From positions 1 through 64,000 of IMG/VR virus record IMGVR_UViG_3300008952_002242: DNA of 64,000 bases; one strand, 5' to 3'. Source of the stretch: an uncultured virus (IMG/VR IMGVR_UViG_3300008952_002242) (Duplodnaviria > Heunggongvirae > Uroviricota > Caudoviricetes). The position numbers and the translations under genes were made by a program. Below, piece by piece: positions 1 through 7,501 of the stretch; position 1 is the stretch's first letter; every line of letters begins with the position of its first letter. Below the pieces are notes generated by a model. That model was not told the DNA's origin. It worked only from the letters and a program-made list of their open reading frames with translations, and ran no database searches.

Positions 1-281
1 TCCATATTAGCTATTTCTTCATCTCTTATTCGTTTCTCTTCTGCTTCCTTGATCTTTCTTTTCAAAGATAATTCTGCAAATATAGAATCCTCATACGCAT
101 CCGATAACGAATCGCATTCAGACAACCACTCACCGTAATTCTTCCAATTAGGTAATCCAGCATAATTTCTAAACTCTGTATCATCACAAGGTGTTCCTCT
201 AAATGATGATTGACTATAACTTAACTGGAAGTTCAGACAAATGAAAAGTATTACGGTCATATGTAAAATACCAAACTTCAT
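1..281 (-). CDS. exported protein, truncated at window edge
   Basis: Manually translated open frame MKFGILHMTVILFICLNFQLSYSQSSFRGTPCDD... runs off the window; signal-peptide-like N-terminus; overlaps the 3' end of the upstream pilin. Confidence 0.6.
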   Translation of the reverse strand, partial: MKFGILHMTVILFICLNFQLSYSQSSFRGTPCDDTEFRNYAGLPNWKNYGEWLSECDSLSDAYEDSIFAELSLKRKIKEAEEKRIRDEEIANM

Positions 282-609
282 TGTTCATTCTCCTATGATA
301 TAATTTAGTTCCATCAAATTGCCATTCATTATCTTCATCAGGTATTCCCAAATCAAATGTAACAATGACATTCCTAGTACGACCTAAAACAGAAAGTGGA
401 TGTGTGGGCCAACTTTCTGTTCCTGTTGATTCAAATTGTTTTTCTGCGTACAATTCTAATTCTTTCCAAATCTGATTAGTAAAATCCTTCTCAGTTCTAA
501 GTTCTGCTAATTCAATTCTTCTCTCATATCTTGGTATAGCCACAGCACTCATAATACCAATAATCAGAATCACTATCATCATCTCGAATAAAGTGAATCC
601 TTTGCTCAT
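214..609 (-). CDS. type IV prepilin-like protein
   Basis: MSKG|FTLFEMMIVILIIGIMSAVAIP: class III signal peptide with G-1, F+1, E+5 and a hydrophobic helix. Confidence 0.9.
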   Translation of the reverse strand: MSKGFTLFEMMIVILIIGIMSAVAIPRYERRIELAELRTEKDFTNQIWKELELYAEKQFESTGTESWPTHPLSVLGRTRNVIVTFDLGIPDEDNEWQFDGTKLYHRRMNNEVWYFTYDRNTFHLSELPVKL

Positions 610-1052
610 TAAATCTCTCCGACTACATATTCATTTAATGATGGGCTATCAAGATCTATATCTTTAATAACAATTCTTTTAGTTATATATCCCGTAGCAC
701 TTGTATCATCATCCCAATAATAATTATATGGATTCTCATTTGAATTATAAGGTAAATCACCAGAGAATAAATCATCTGGTGTTCTGCCATCTTCTAAAGT
801 TACTTCTCGATATGTGGAATCAAGTAAAGTGTTTTCCGGCTCAGGTGGGAAATGTGGATTACCTTGCATATGAGTTACATAATGATACTGCATAAAAGTA
901 TTCTTTATGGTTTCCATATCTGATAAATTTGCTTGCTTCTGTGCTTTGTTTATCACTTTATTGTAAGTGGGGACAGCCACCGAAGTAAGTGTCCCCAACA
1001 GTACAATTGTTACGACCAACTCTGCCAAAGTATATCCGGCTGAGTTATTCAT
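609..1052 (-). CDS. type IV prepilin-like protein
   Basis: MNNSAG|YTLAELVVTIVLLGTLTSVAVP; start moved to the ATG at 1052, downstream of AGGAG. Confidence 0.85.
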   Translation of the reverse strand: MNNSAGYTLAELVVTIVLLGTLTSVAVPTYNKVINKAQKQANLSDMETIKNTFMQYHYVTHMQGNPHFPPEPENTLLDSTYREVTLEDGRTPDDLFSGDLPYNSNENPYNYYWDDDTSATGYITKRIVIKDIDLDSPSLNEYVVGEI

Positions 1053-1062
1053 TGTTAGACTC

Positions 1063-1494
1063 CTATAAGTCTTCCCTAGTGCCAACTGATCCTACAGCGG
1101 CATCATCACCGGTTTGTGTGCCGGCATCATACGCCCAACCATGACGTGTATTATCATTACGTTGGTGTGTTATCGTTGAATCACTAGAATTGTAAGTCCA
1201 TTCCCCATCTTCATCAGCATCTTCGTTTGCTGTTGAATACTTTTCTGGTTTCTTCGACAGTGCATCCCACGGATTCGTTGGCCAAGACCTACGACCATTT
1301 GCGATTAACTGTTCTACAGCATAAGTCTCCAGTCCAGCTTTGATAGAAGATATCACTGCTTCTTCTGCAGCCTCTTCAGCAGCCTCAACAGTTGAAGCAT
1401 ATCTAGGAATAGCAACGGCAGCAAGAATACCTAAAATGATTGTAACCATTATCAATTCGATAAGGGTGAATCCTTTGTTATTCTTCATTGTCAT
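1063..1494 (-). CDS. type IV prepilin (MshA/PilA-like)
   Basis: MKNNKG|FTLIELIMVTIILGILAAVAIPRY, canonical N-methylation motif; AGGAG RBS. Confidence 0.92.
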   Translation of the reverse strand: MTMKNNKGFTLIELIMVTIILGILAAVAIPRYASTVEAAEEAAEEAVISSIKAGLETYAVEQLIANGRRSWPTNPWDALSKKPEKYSTANEDADEDGEWTYNSSDSTITHQRNDNTRHGWAYDAGTQTGDDAAVGSVGTREDL

Positions 1495-1509
1495 TCTCCT
1501 TATTGTGAA

Positions 1510-2169
1510 TTACGGGGTTAAAACTTTATGTAGTTCTGATGGATTTTCAGCATCAGCTATAATCATACAAGGTGCTTGAGCAGATGAACCACTACCACTT
1601 CCTGGAATCACAAGATAGATGTAAGCACCATCCTGAAACGGACTTGAGATACCTTGATTACCAAAATTTGATTTCATATCATTTGCACCATCTACATCGA
1701 ATCCAACATCTACCTGATGACTATTATCAGTTGGATTAATACTCATCCAATCACCAGCAAGTGCATCTTCATCTGTTAGTGATGTTGAAAACACATATAC
1801 ATAATCATCTAATGTAGCTTCGTAATGAGTTTGATCCTTCAAAATAGTTTCCAAATATGTTTCCAATGCAGCATCTGTAAGAGTGCTATCTGGAAGATCA
1901 AATCCACCCACTTTAGAGTCATACTTAGATTGTCCTGGAAATCTTCCACGACCTTCTTCAGACACTTTAGCGTTGTAGAAGTTGTTAGCCGCTGTCTTGA
2001 TTTTGTCAAGTGTAGCGATTGTTTGTTTAGCTTTAGCACCATCACCAACTCCACCAAATTTTGGTGCAGCAGTTGAAGCTAAAGTACCCATCATCGCAGT
2101 AACAACAGCGAATTCAGCAAGTGAATTACCTTTGTTACTCTTTATTTTTTTCATTAGGTTTATGAACAT
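1510..2169 (-). CDS. atypical type IV prepilin-like protein
   Basis: KKIKSNKG|NSLAEFAVVTAMMGTLASTAAPKF: G-1 and E+5 kept, N at +1; AAGGAG RBS; first gene after the sigma54-like promoter. Confidence 0.75.
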   Translation of the reverse strand: MFINLMKKIKSNKGNSLAEFAVVTAMMGTLASTAAPKFGGVGDGAKAKQTIATLDKIKTAANNFYNAKVSEEGRGRFPGQSKYDSKVGGFDLPDSTLTDAALETYLETILKDQTHYEATLDDYVYVFSTSLTDEDALAGDWMSINPTDNSHQVDVGFDVDGANDMKSNFGNQGISSPFQDGAYIYLVIPGSGSGSSAQAPCMIIADAENPSELHKVLTP

Positions 2170-2206
2170 TTCAGTTCTCCTTAGTTGGTTATTAATTACC
2201 TATATA

Positions 2207-2224
2207 ATACAATAACTGTACCAA
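2207..2224 (-). promoter_or_regulatory. sigma54-like -24/-12 promoter of the pilin operon
   Basis: TTGGTACAGTTATTGTAT (GG-N10-GT); 15/17 identical to the element upstream of hsp20. Confidence 0.55.
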
Positions 2225-2296
2225 AGTATTCAAATTGGTAAAATTAGTTGAAAATTAATTATTTTGTAACTATTTGTTATGTATGATGTATATATT

Positions 2297-2312
2297 TGTT
2301 ACTATTGTAACA
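2297..2312. promoter_or_regulatory. palindromic candidate enhancer (bEBP UAS)
   Basis: TGTTAC-TATT-GTAACA = TGT-N10-ACA, about 75 bp upstream of the sigma54-like site. Confidence 0.4.
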
Positions 2313-2687
2313 TTAAAATACATCACTAGATTTTACTTTTTCGATAGCATCCTTAATATCATCTGCAGAAACATCTACTTCACCATTCATATCGGCTTTC
2401 CAAGTCTCTTTCTTTGAACCACCAAAAAATAACACTACAGATGGATAATTTCTTAATCGTAATTTCTTACAAACCTTTTTAGTATCTTCAGACTTAACAG
2501 TAATTATTTTCGCATCCTCATGCCCCTTGACATTCTTTAATATACTAGCATCTATTTCATTTCCTTGCCACTCGGAAGTAAACTTTACTACTACAAATCC
2601 GGTTCCAATTTTGTCTTTAAAATTCTTATCCGTAACTTGTGCAGTTAATGTAGATAAGAAAAATATTAATCCAATTAAATATTTCAT
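2313..2687 (-). CDS. exported thioredoxin-fold protein lacking CxxC
   Basis: Signal peptide; VTDKNF...VVVKFTSEWQGNE where WCGPC is expected; cis-Pro-like NYPSVVLF. Confidence 0.7.
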   Translation of the reverse strand: MKYLIGLIFFLSTLTAQVTDKNFKDKIGTGFVVVKFTSEWQGNEIDASILKNVKGHEDAKIITVKSEDTKKVCKKLRLRNYPSVVLFFGGSKKETWKADMNGEVDVSADDIKDAIEKVKSSDVF

Positions 2688-2696
2688 AACTATTCC

Positions 2697-3275
2697 CTAT
2701 TTATTTCTCTTCTTAGCTACTTGAACTCGAAGATCTTGTATCGTTTTTTCTGCATCGTCCAATCGTTTCAATACTTCATCCATATCATCTTGAAGTGTTC
2801 CGACTTGACTCGTATATTGTTCATATGAAGTTGGCCAGTTATAGCCTGGAGCCTTTGATGGATACTCTCCTTCATATAAAGATTGCAACGATGGTAGTTC
2901 TTTTGCTTCTTGTATATCTGCCTGTAACATATACCACATTCCAACCAAAGATGCTATACCTGTTGCAGCTGCAATTATTGTTTGTACTGATAATGTGAAC
3001 TTAGTACGTTCACTTATTTCTACTGACTCTTTCGCCAACGGGCCTTCTATCTTTTCAGATATCTCTTCTTGACGATCTTCATGACCATTTTCATCTGTAC
3101 TTCTCATTATAACTTCTGTTATATCATTGAGTGTACAAAACTCTTTAGCTACAAGTATCTCTCCAAGTGTTCTTTTATCGCCCTTTACTTGAGCTTGTAA
3201 TGCTAGATTTAATTGTCGTTTAGTAATGATATCTTCATCACAAAGCAATCTTCCTATTTTAAGACCCCCATTCAT
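2697..3275 (-). CDS. MshEN-domain single-pass membrane protein with C-terminal coiled coil
   Basis: KIGRLLCDEDIITKRQLNLALQAQ...TLGEILV matches the tandem RLGxxLLxxGLIxxxxLxxALxxQ MshEN pattern; TM segment IIAAATGIASLVGMWY. Confidence 0.7.
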   Translation of the reverse strand: MNGGLKIGRLLCDEDIITKRQLNLALQAQVKGDKRTLGEILVAKEFCTLNDITEVIMRSTDENGHEDRQEEISEKIEGPLAKESVEISERTKFTLSVQTIIAAATGIASLVGMWYMLQADIQEAKELPSLQSLYEGEYPSKAPGYNWPTSYEQYTSQVGTLQDDMDEVLKRLDDAEKTIQDLRVQVAKKRNK

Positions 3276-3415
3276 TATAATCCTCGTTTATTCAATAAAT
3301 TTTTTTGTTTTTGTTTCTTTTTTTTAATTTGATTTGCAGTTCGACCATTTTCTGCTAACCACTTATTAGCTTTTTGACGTTTCCATTTTCTTTGTTTAGC
3401 ATTTTTATTTGGCAT
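3275..3415 (-). CDS. small basic protein (46 aa)
   Basis: Manual translation MPNKNAKQRKWKRQKANKWLAENGRTANQIKKKKQKQKNLLNKRGL; fills the gap; its stop overlaps the next ATG. Confidence 0.7.
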   Translation of the reverse strand: MPNKNAKQRKWKRQKANKWLAENGRTANQIKKKKQKQKNLLNKRGL

Positions 3416-3416
3416 A

Positions 3417-4706
3417 TTAAAATTCAAACCCCACAAATTGATAATTCAAACCCACTTTAAAATTATAAGCAGGCTTATCCCAATAATAAAGATAACTGCC
3501 TTCAGCAAAAACTCCAAGATTCTCCTGCACCTTCATACCGATAATTGCACCAAAATCATAATCATTCCACTCCATCCACATCGGTTCCATATACATCATC
3601 GTGTGTGGTTCCATACCTTTCTCTAAATGCTCTTTATAATGTGCAGCATTGTGATAAGAATATTTGTCATGTCCGTAATGATATGGCATCCAATTTCCCC
3701 AACCATGAAACCACCATCTATCCCCATAATGATAATAATCAACACCAATTATAAGTGATGTTTCCCTCTGATATCCTAAATCTTTTACAAGTCTATCCAT
3801 ATATTCTTCTAACATACCTGGAAAATAATATAAGAAAAATTCTCTATCTGTCCAAGCTACTATCTCACCATCTGGATTCAACCACATATAATCATATCCA
3901 AGGAATTCCCCATTACCACTAAAGAAAGGACCATCACCCGGAACAGAAATCCAAGAATCTGACGCTGGATCAAAATATACTAATTCTCCTGGATGGTAAT
4001 GAAATGCTGAATCAACCGCATACCACCTTTTATCATCCCAACCAAAAGCATTTTCTACAAAATCCCACCAAGAACCTCTATACCAAGTAGTATCTAAAAC
4101 CATAGCATCAAAACCATAAACTGGATGTTGTCTATGTTTAGCACCCACACTAATGGATAATTTATTATCTAAAAAATTAGGTGACCACTTTATCCTTAAA
4201 TCACCATGCCTATATTCTACTTCTTCTAACCCTAGCTCTGTATATCCTACTTTACCTACAATCCAATCACCTATATATCTTAACCAATATTCTTGATTAA
4301 TATAGTCATCACCCCATATTCGTCCTTGAGTCCATTTAATTGAATACTCCCAACCCCTTACAGGCCCTATTGTAGCATTCTTATTAGAATTTTGTTCCGA
4401 ACCATCATACCAAGTTCCACCAACACCAGCATTCTTAACACCCCTCTTTGGTTCATAATTAAATCTACCGATTTTTCTCAATCCAAACGATCTTTCAAAA
4501 TTTGGTTCTAATTCTCTTTCTTCTCTTTCAACTTCTAAATCACCAGTAACAAATCCTCCGATAATAGCAAACCTATCATCTTGATGTCTTGGGGAGTTTA
4601 AACTGAAGCTAGCATAAGCAGTTGAATACTTAAAAAAGTCTGATACAAAATTTTGACTGAATAGTGGTGTATATAATAATAAACTAACTATGATTTTCTT
4701 TAACAT
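3417..4706 (-). CDS. putative outer-membrane beta-barrel protein
   Basis: Signal peptide MLKKIIVSLLLYTPLFS; aromatic-rich alternating strands; C-terminal YNFKVGLNYQFVGFEF (beta-signal-like); GGAGAG RBS. Confidence 0.65.
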   Translation of the reverse strand: MLKKIIVSLLLYTPLFSQNFVSDFFKYSTAYASFSLNSPRHQDDRFAIIGGFVTGDLEVEREERELEPNFERSFGLRKIGRFNYEPKRGVKNAGVGGTWYDGSEQNSNKNATIGPVRGWEYSIKWTQGRIWGDDYINQEYWLRYIGDWIVGKVGYTELGLEEVEYRHGDLRIKWSPNFLDNKLSISVGAKHRQHPVYGFDAMVLDTTWYRGSWWDFVENAFGWDDKRWYAVDSAFHYHPGELVYFDPASDSWISVPGDGPFFSGNGEFLGYDYMWLNPDGEIVAWTDREFFLYYFPGMLEEYMDRLVKDLGYQRETSLIIGVDYYHYGDRWWFHGWGNWMPYHYGHDKYSYHNAAHYKEHLEKGMEPHTMMYMEPMWMEWNDYDFGAIIGMKVQENLGVFAEGSYLYYWDKPAYNFKVGLNYQFVGFEF

Positions 4707-4754
4707 TTGACTCTCCAAAATTACATTATAACTATAAATATTTATTTATTTAAG

Positions 4755-5714
4755 TTAATAATCCATTCTAACAAAAAATCGCATAGGTATTTGTGTTGAT
4801 TTTGGTATGGGTTGGGATAATCTTGCATGTGCCATTAACTCATTATTATCATCATATAACCCCACTTCGGTAATATAATTAGGCCAATAACTTGAAGTTA
4901 AATTATCTTTTAAAGACCCCTGCCCGTGAATGGGAAGATAAACAGATTCACTAGTAACAGGATGGATAAAGGGGCCTCTACCCCCATTTTCTTTAAAGAT
5001 AGTCATATTTTGAGTATTATTAAAATCATTTGGTTCAATTCTACATACATATTCATAAGTCTTTATATCTAAACTTCCTTGAAATTGAACATCATAATTA
5101 CCAGTAGTAACCTCACTATAATTTATAACACCGCCTGGATTGGTATCATCACTTGAACCACTCCATGATCCTGTTTCAGTTATTGTGAATACTCCAGTAT
5201 CATAAAATATATTTCCAACATAATTTTTTGATGATGATGGATTATTACCAGCCCAAGTTTCGTTGTCCGCAGAGTCAACGACACTTCTAGAATCTACAGC
5301 ATTTGTTGAATATAAATTACCATTTGAATCATCAACAATCTTAATTTCTTTTGCAGTAGAATTATCAGTAAGAATAAAACTTCCTTTTTTTATTTCATCT
5401 CCAAATAAAGATTGTGATATAAATCCGACAGAACCAGTTTCGTAAAATTTATTTAAATATATATTCTGACCATCTAATCTATTACCAACAGTAGGATATG
5501 AATTAAATAAAGGATTTGTTTGTGCTATATCAGAACCACTTAAATAAAAATTTATACGAGAAAAATTATAATAACTAGAAGAAATTGGTTCATTTGAAGC
5601 CGACAGAAATTGATATCTGGTTATATTGGCTTGACTTAGGGATTGTGTTTTGTGAGCTCTAAATAAATAGGTGTTTACTTGACCTTCAGTAAAAAGCCTT
5701 CTTCCTTCCGGCAT
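4755..5714 (-). CDS. virion baseplate/tail-collar-like structural protein
   Basis: C-terminal YITEVGLYDDNNELMAHARLSQPIPK...VRMDY, typical of myophage tail-collar/baseplate domains. Confidence 0.65.
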   Translation of the reverse strand: MPEGRRLFTEGQVNTYLFRAHKTQSLSQANITRYQFLSASNEPISSSYYNFSRINFYLSGSDIAQTNPLFNSYPTVGNRLDGQNIYLNKFYETGSVGFISQSLFGDEIKKGSFILTDNSTAKEIKIVDDSNGNLYSTNAVDSRSVVDSADNETWAGNNPSSSKNYVGNIFYDTGVFTITETGSWSGSSDDTNPGGVINYSEVTTGNYDVQFQGSLDIKTYEYVCRIEPNDFNNTQNMTIFKENGGRGPFIHPVTSESVYLPIHGQGSLKDNLTSSYWPNYITEVGLYDDNNELMAHARLSQPIPKSTQIPMRFFVRMDY

Positions 5715-5722
5715 AAGATCAC

Positions 5723-6793
5723 TTAATAAGTCAATCGTACTTTAACGATTGCCTCTGAACTAAAGTTTTTATTCAATGGAGAACTTATTCTTCCAATTGC
5801 CATTAATTCTCCTGTATTATCATATAATCCAACTTCACTTAAATATGTTTGTGGATTTGCTACCATATCATTATGTCTTATTTTATATTGAGAACCACTC
5901 CAAAATGTTACATTATTAGTAAGATTAAATTCATTAGCTCTAGCTCTACAAAAATAATCATAAATATATTGCTGTTCTTCTGAACGCATTGTCTGTGAAG
6001 AAGATATCATACATGCTGCCAACTTTCCAGCATTATCGGCTGCATTATCATCACTTCCAGTATCTGGATTTACCCCAACCCCAACAAAAGTAGCAAATGG
6101 ATCAGCTGCTTGTTGATAAGCGGGTTTACCTGGCAACGAAGAAGAAAGAGCATTTGCACTCAATACAACCAATCCAGCATCAGGATAAAACTTACCATAT
6201 TCACGAGTATCTGAAGCATATAATGTACCAGCAGAACCAGACTTTACAGAATATCTTGGACCAAATGGAGAGCCTGGAGCTTCTGGATCATTATTAACAC
6301 TATTATCTGTTAAATTTAAAGTTTTACCAGTACCATTTGCTATCGAACCACTCAATGATATTGTCCAAGTTCCAGGATTCAACCTATCTTTCATCTGAAG
6401 TCTTTCAGCAACAATAAAATAACAATCAGATTGTGTTACTGGATTTGTACTATCTGTACCATCAGCTATCAACCAACCAGCACCATCTCTTAATTTATCT
6501 GATGATGGTTCTACTAAATTATAAAATCCTTTATATATAGCCTCTGTTGAACCTACTTCATTTGCAGCATCAGCATTACTACCACTACCACGCATATGTC
6601 CATAAGCTACAGTAAAATGATCTGTGGAACCATATTGTAAATTATAATAATATTCTTTTTGTGTAGCAGATAAAGAAGCAGTTTTTATAGTATTTGCAGC
6701 TACAGTACCAGTACCAGCACTTCCAAAAAAACCATTCGTAACAGTAATTTCAGTTATCACTACATCATTTTGTGGATTTATACTTTTTAACAT
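5723..6793 (-). CDS. virion baseplate/tail-collar-like structural protein (paralog of 4755..5714)
   Basis: YFCRARANEFNLTNN...YLSEVGLYDNTGELMAIGRISSPLNK...VRLTY. Confidence 0.65.
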   Translation of the reverse strand: MLKSINPQNDVVITEITVTNGFFGSAGTGTVAANTIKTASLSATQKEYYYNLQYGSTDHFTVAYGHMRGSGSNADAANEVGSTEAIYKGFYNLVEPSSDKLRDGAGWLIADGTDSTNPVTQSDCYFIVAERLQMKDRLNPGTWTISLSGSIANGTGKTLNLTDNSVNNDPEAPGSPFGPRYSVKSGSAGTLYASDTREYGKFYPDAGLVVLSANALSSSLPGKPAYQQAADPFATFVGVGVNPDTGSDDNAADNAGKLAACMISSSQTMRSEEQQYIYDYFCRARANEFNLTNNVTFWSGSQYKIRHNDMVANPQTYLSEVGLYDNTGELMAIGRISSPLNKNFSSEAIVKVRLTY

Positions 6794-6808
6794 ATCAATT
6801 CCTATTCA

Positions 6809-7447
6809 TTAAGTATTAGAAGTATTTGATTCTATAGTTACAGTACAAAAGGCCGGAGCGGAACCATCTCTACGAACTTCAACACCAATTACTTTCTGTG
6901 CAGTTATTTCTCCAGCCCTAGCATTCAAAGTCAAATCCGGACCACTTACTTGATAAGGAAAAACATCTGGACTATCAAAAGGAGAAGTTATTGTAGAATC
7001 ATCATTTATTATCAAACCCCTAGCATCTAAAATTCTAAATGTATAGCTGGGATTTTGTACTATAGGCACAACAGATGCAACAATAGTAATTGGTTGACTT
7101 GTAAACCCTTCTCCACCTGATGCATTTGTTTTTGAAATTGTTTCTGTAGTATTTTGTAAATTTATATATGAATAAGTTTGTACATTTCGTTGTCCAGTTC
7201 CCCAAAGTTTTGATCTCATAAAAACCAACTCATGCGGTACAGCTTCCATTTGTGGTAATGAAGTTATTGCTGAACCATAAGCAGAAGAACCATCGGGGTG
7301 ATTTGGATTATATAAAGTATAATCCACTCCAGTATCACCGAATGCGAATTGTGTAATTCCAATTGGCTGACCTTCTGCTAATTTCCGTCTGCCAGCCTTT
7401 GTTAAAATAGCGTCAACTATTACTGTATCATTATCAAGTAAACCCAT
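6809..7447 (-). CDS. virion structural protein
   Basis: DAILTKAGRRKLAEG...ITQFAFGDTGVDY, N-terminal tail-collar-type motif. Confidence 0.55.
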   Translation of the reverse strand: MGLLDNDTVIVDAILTKAGRRKLAEGQPIGITQFAFGDTGVDYTLYNPNHPDGSSAYGSAITSLPQMEAVPHELVFMRSKLWGTGQRNVQTYSYINLQNTTETISKTNASGGEGFTSQPITIVASVVPIVQNPSYTFRILDARGLIINDDSTITSPFDSPDVFPYQVSGPDLTLNARAGEITAQKVIGVEVRRDGSAPAFCTVTIESNTSNT

Positions 7448-7501
7448 AATATCTTTCCCTGTTTGTTAATAAATATATCCAAAAAAAGTTTTATATATCT
7501 A

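Noticed and set aside
1839..2057. Nested same-strand alternative-frame ORFs (also 14487..14693 and 49772..49990)
   Set aside because: Out-of-frame by-products of codon bias within longer genes; no RBS or recognisable motifs.
4719..4754. Prophage/host junction between the envelope module and the baseplate genes
   Set aside because: No integrase, att-like repeat, strand switch or obvious composition change, and the gap carries the phage-type ATATTTAT motif; cannot be fully excluded without flanking sequence.
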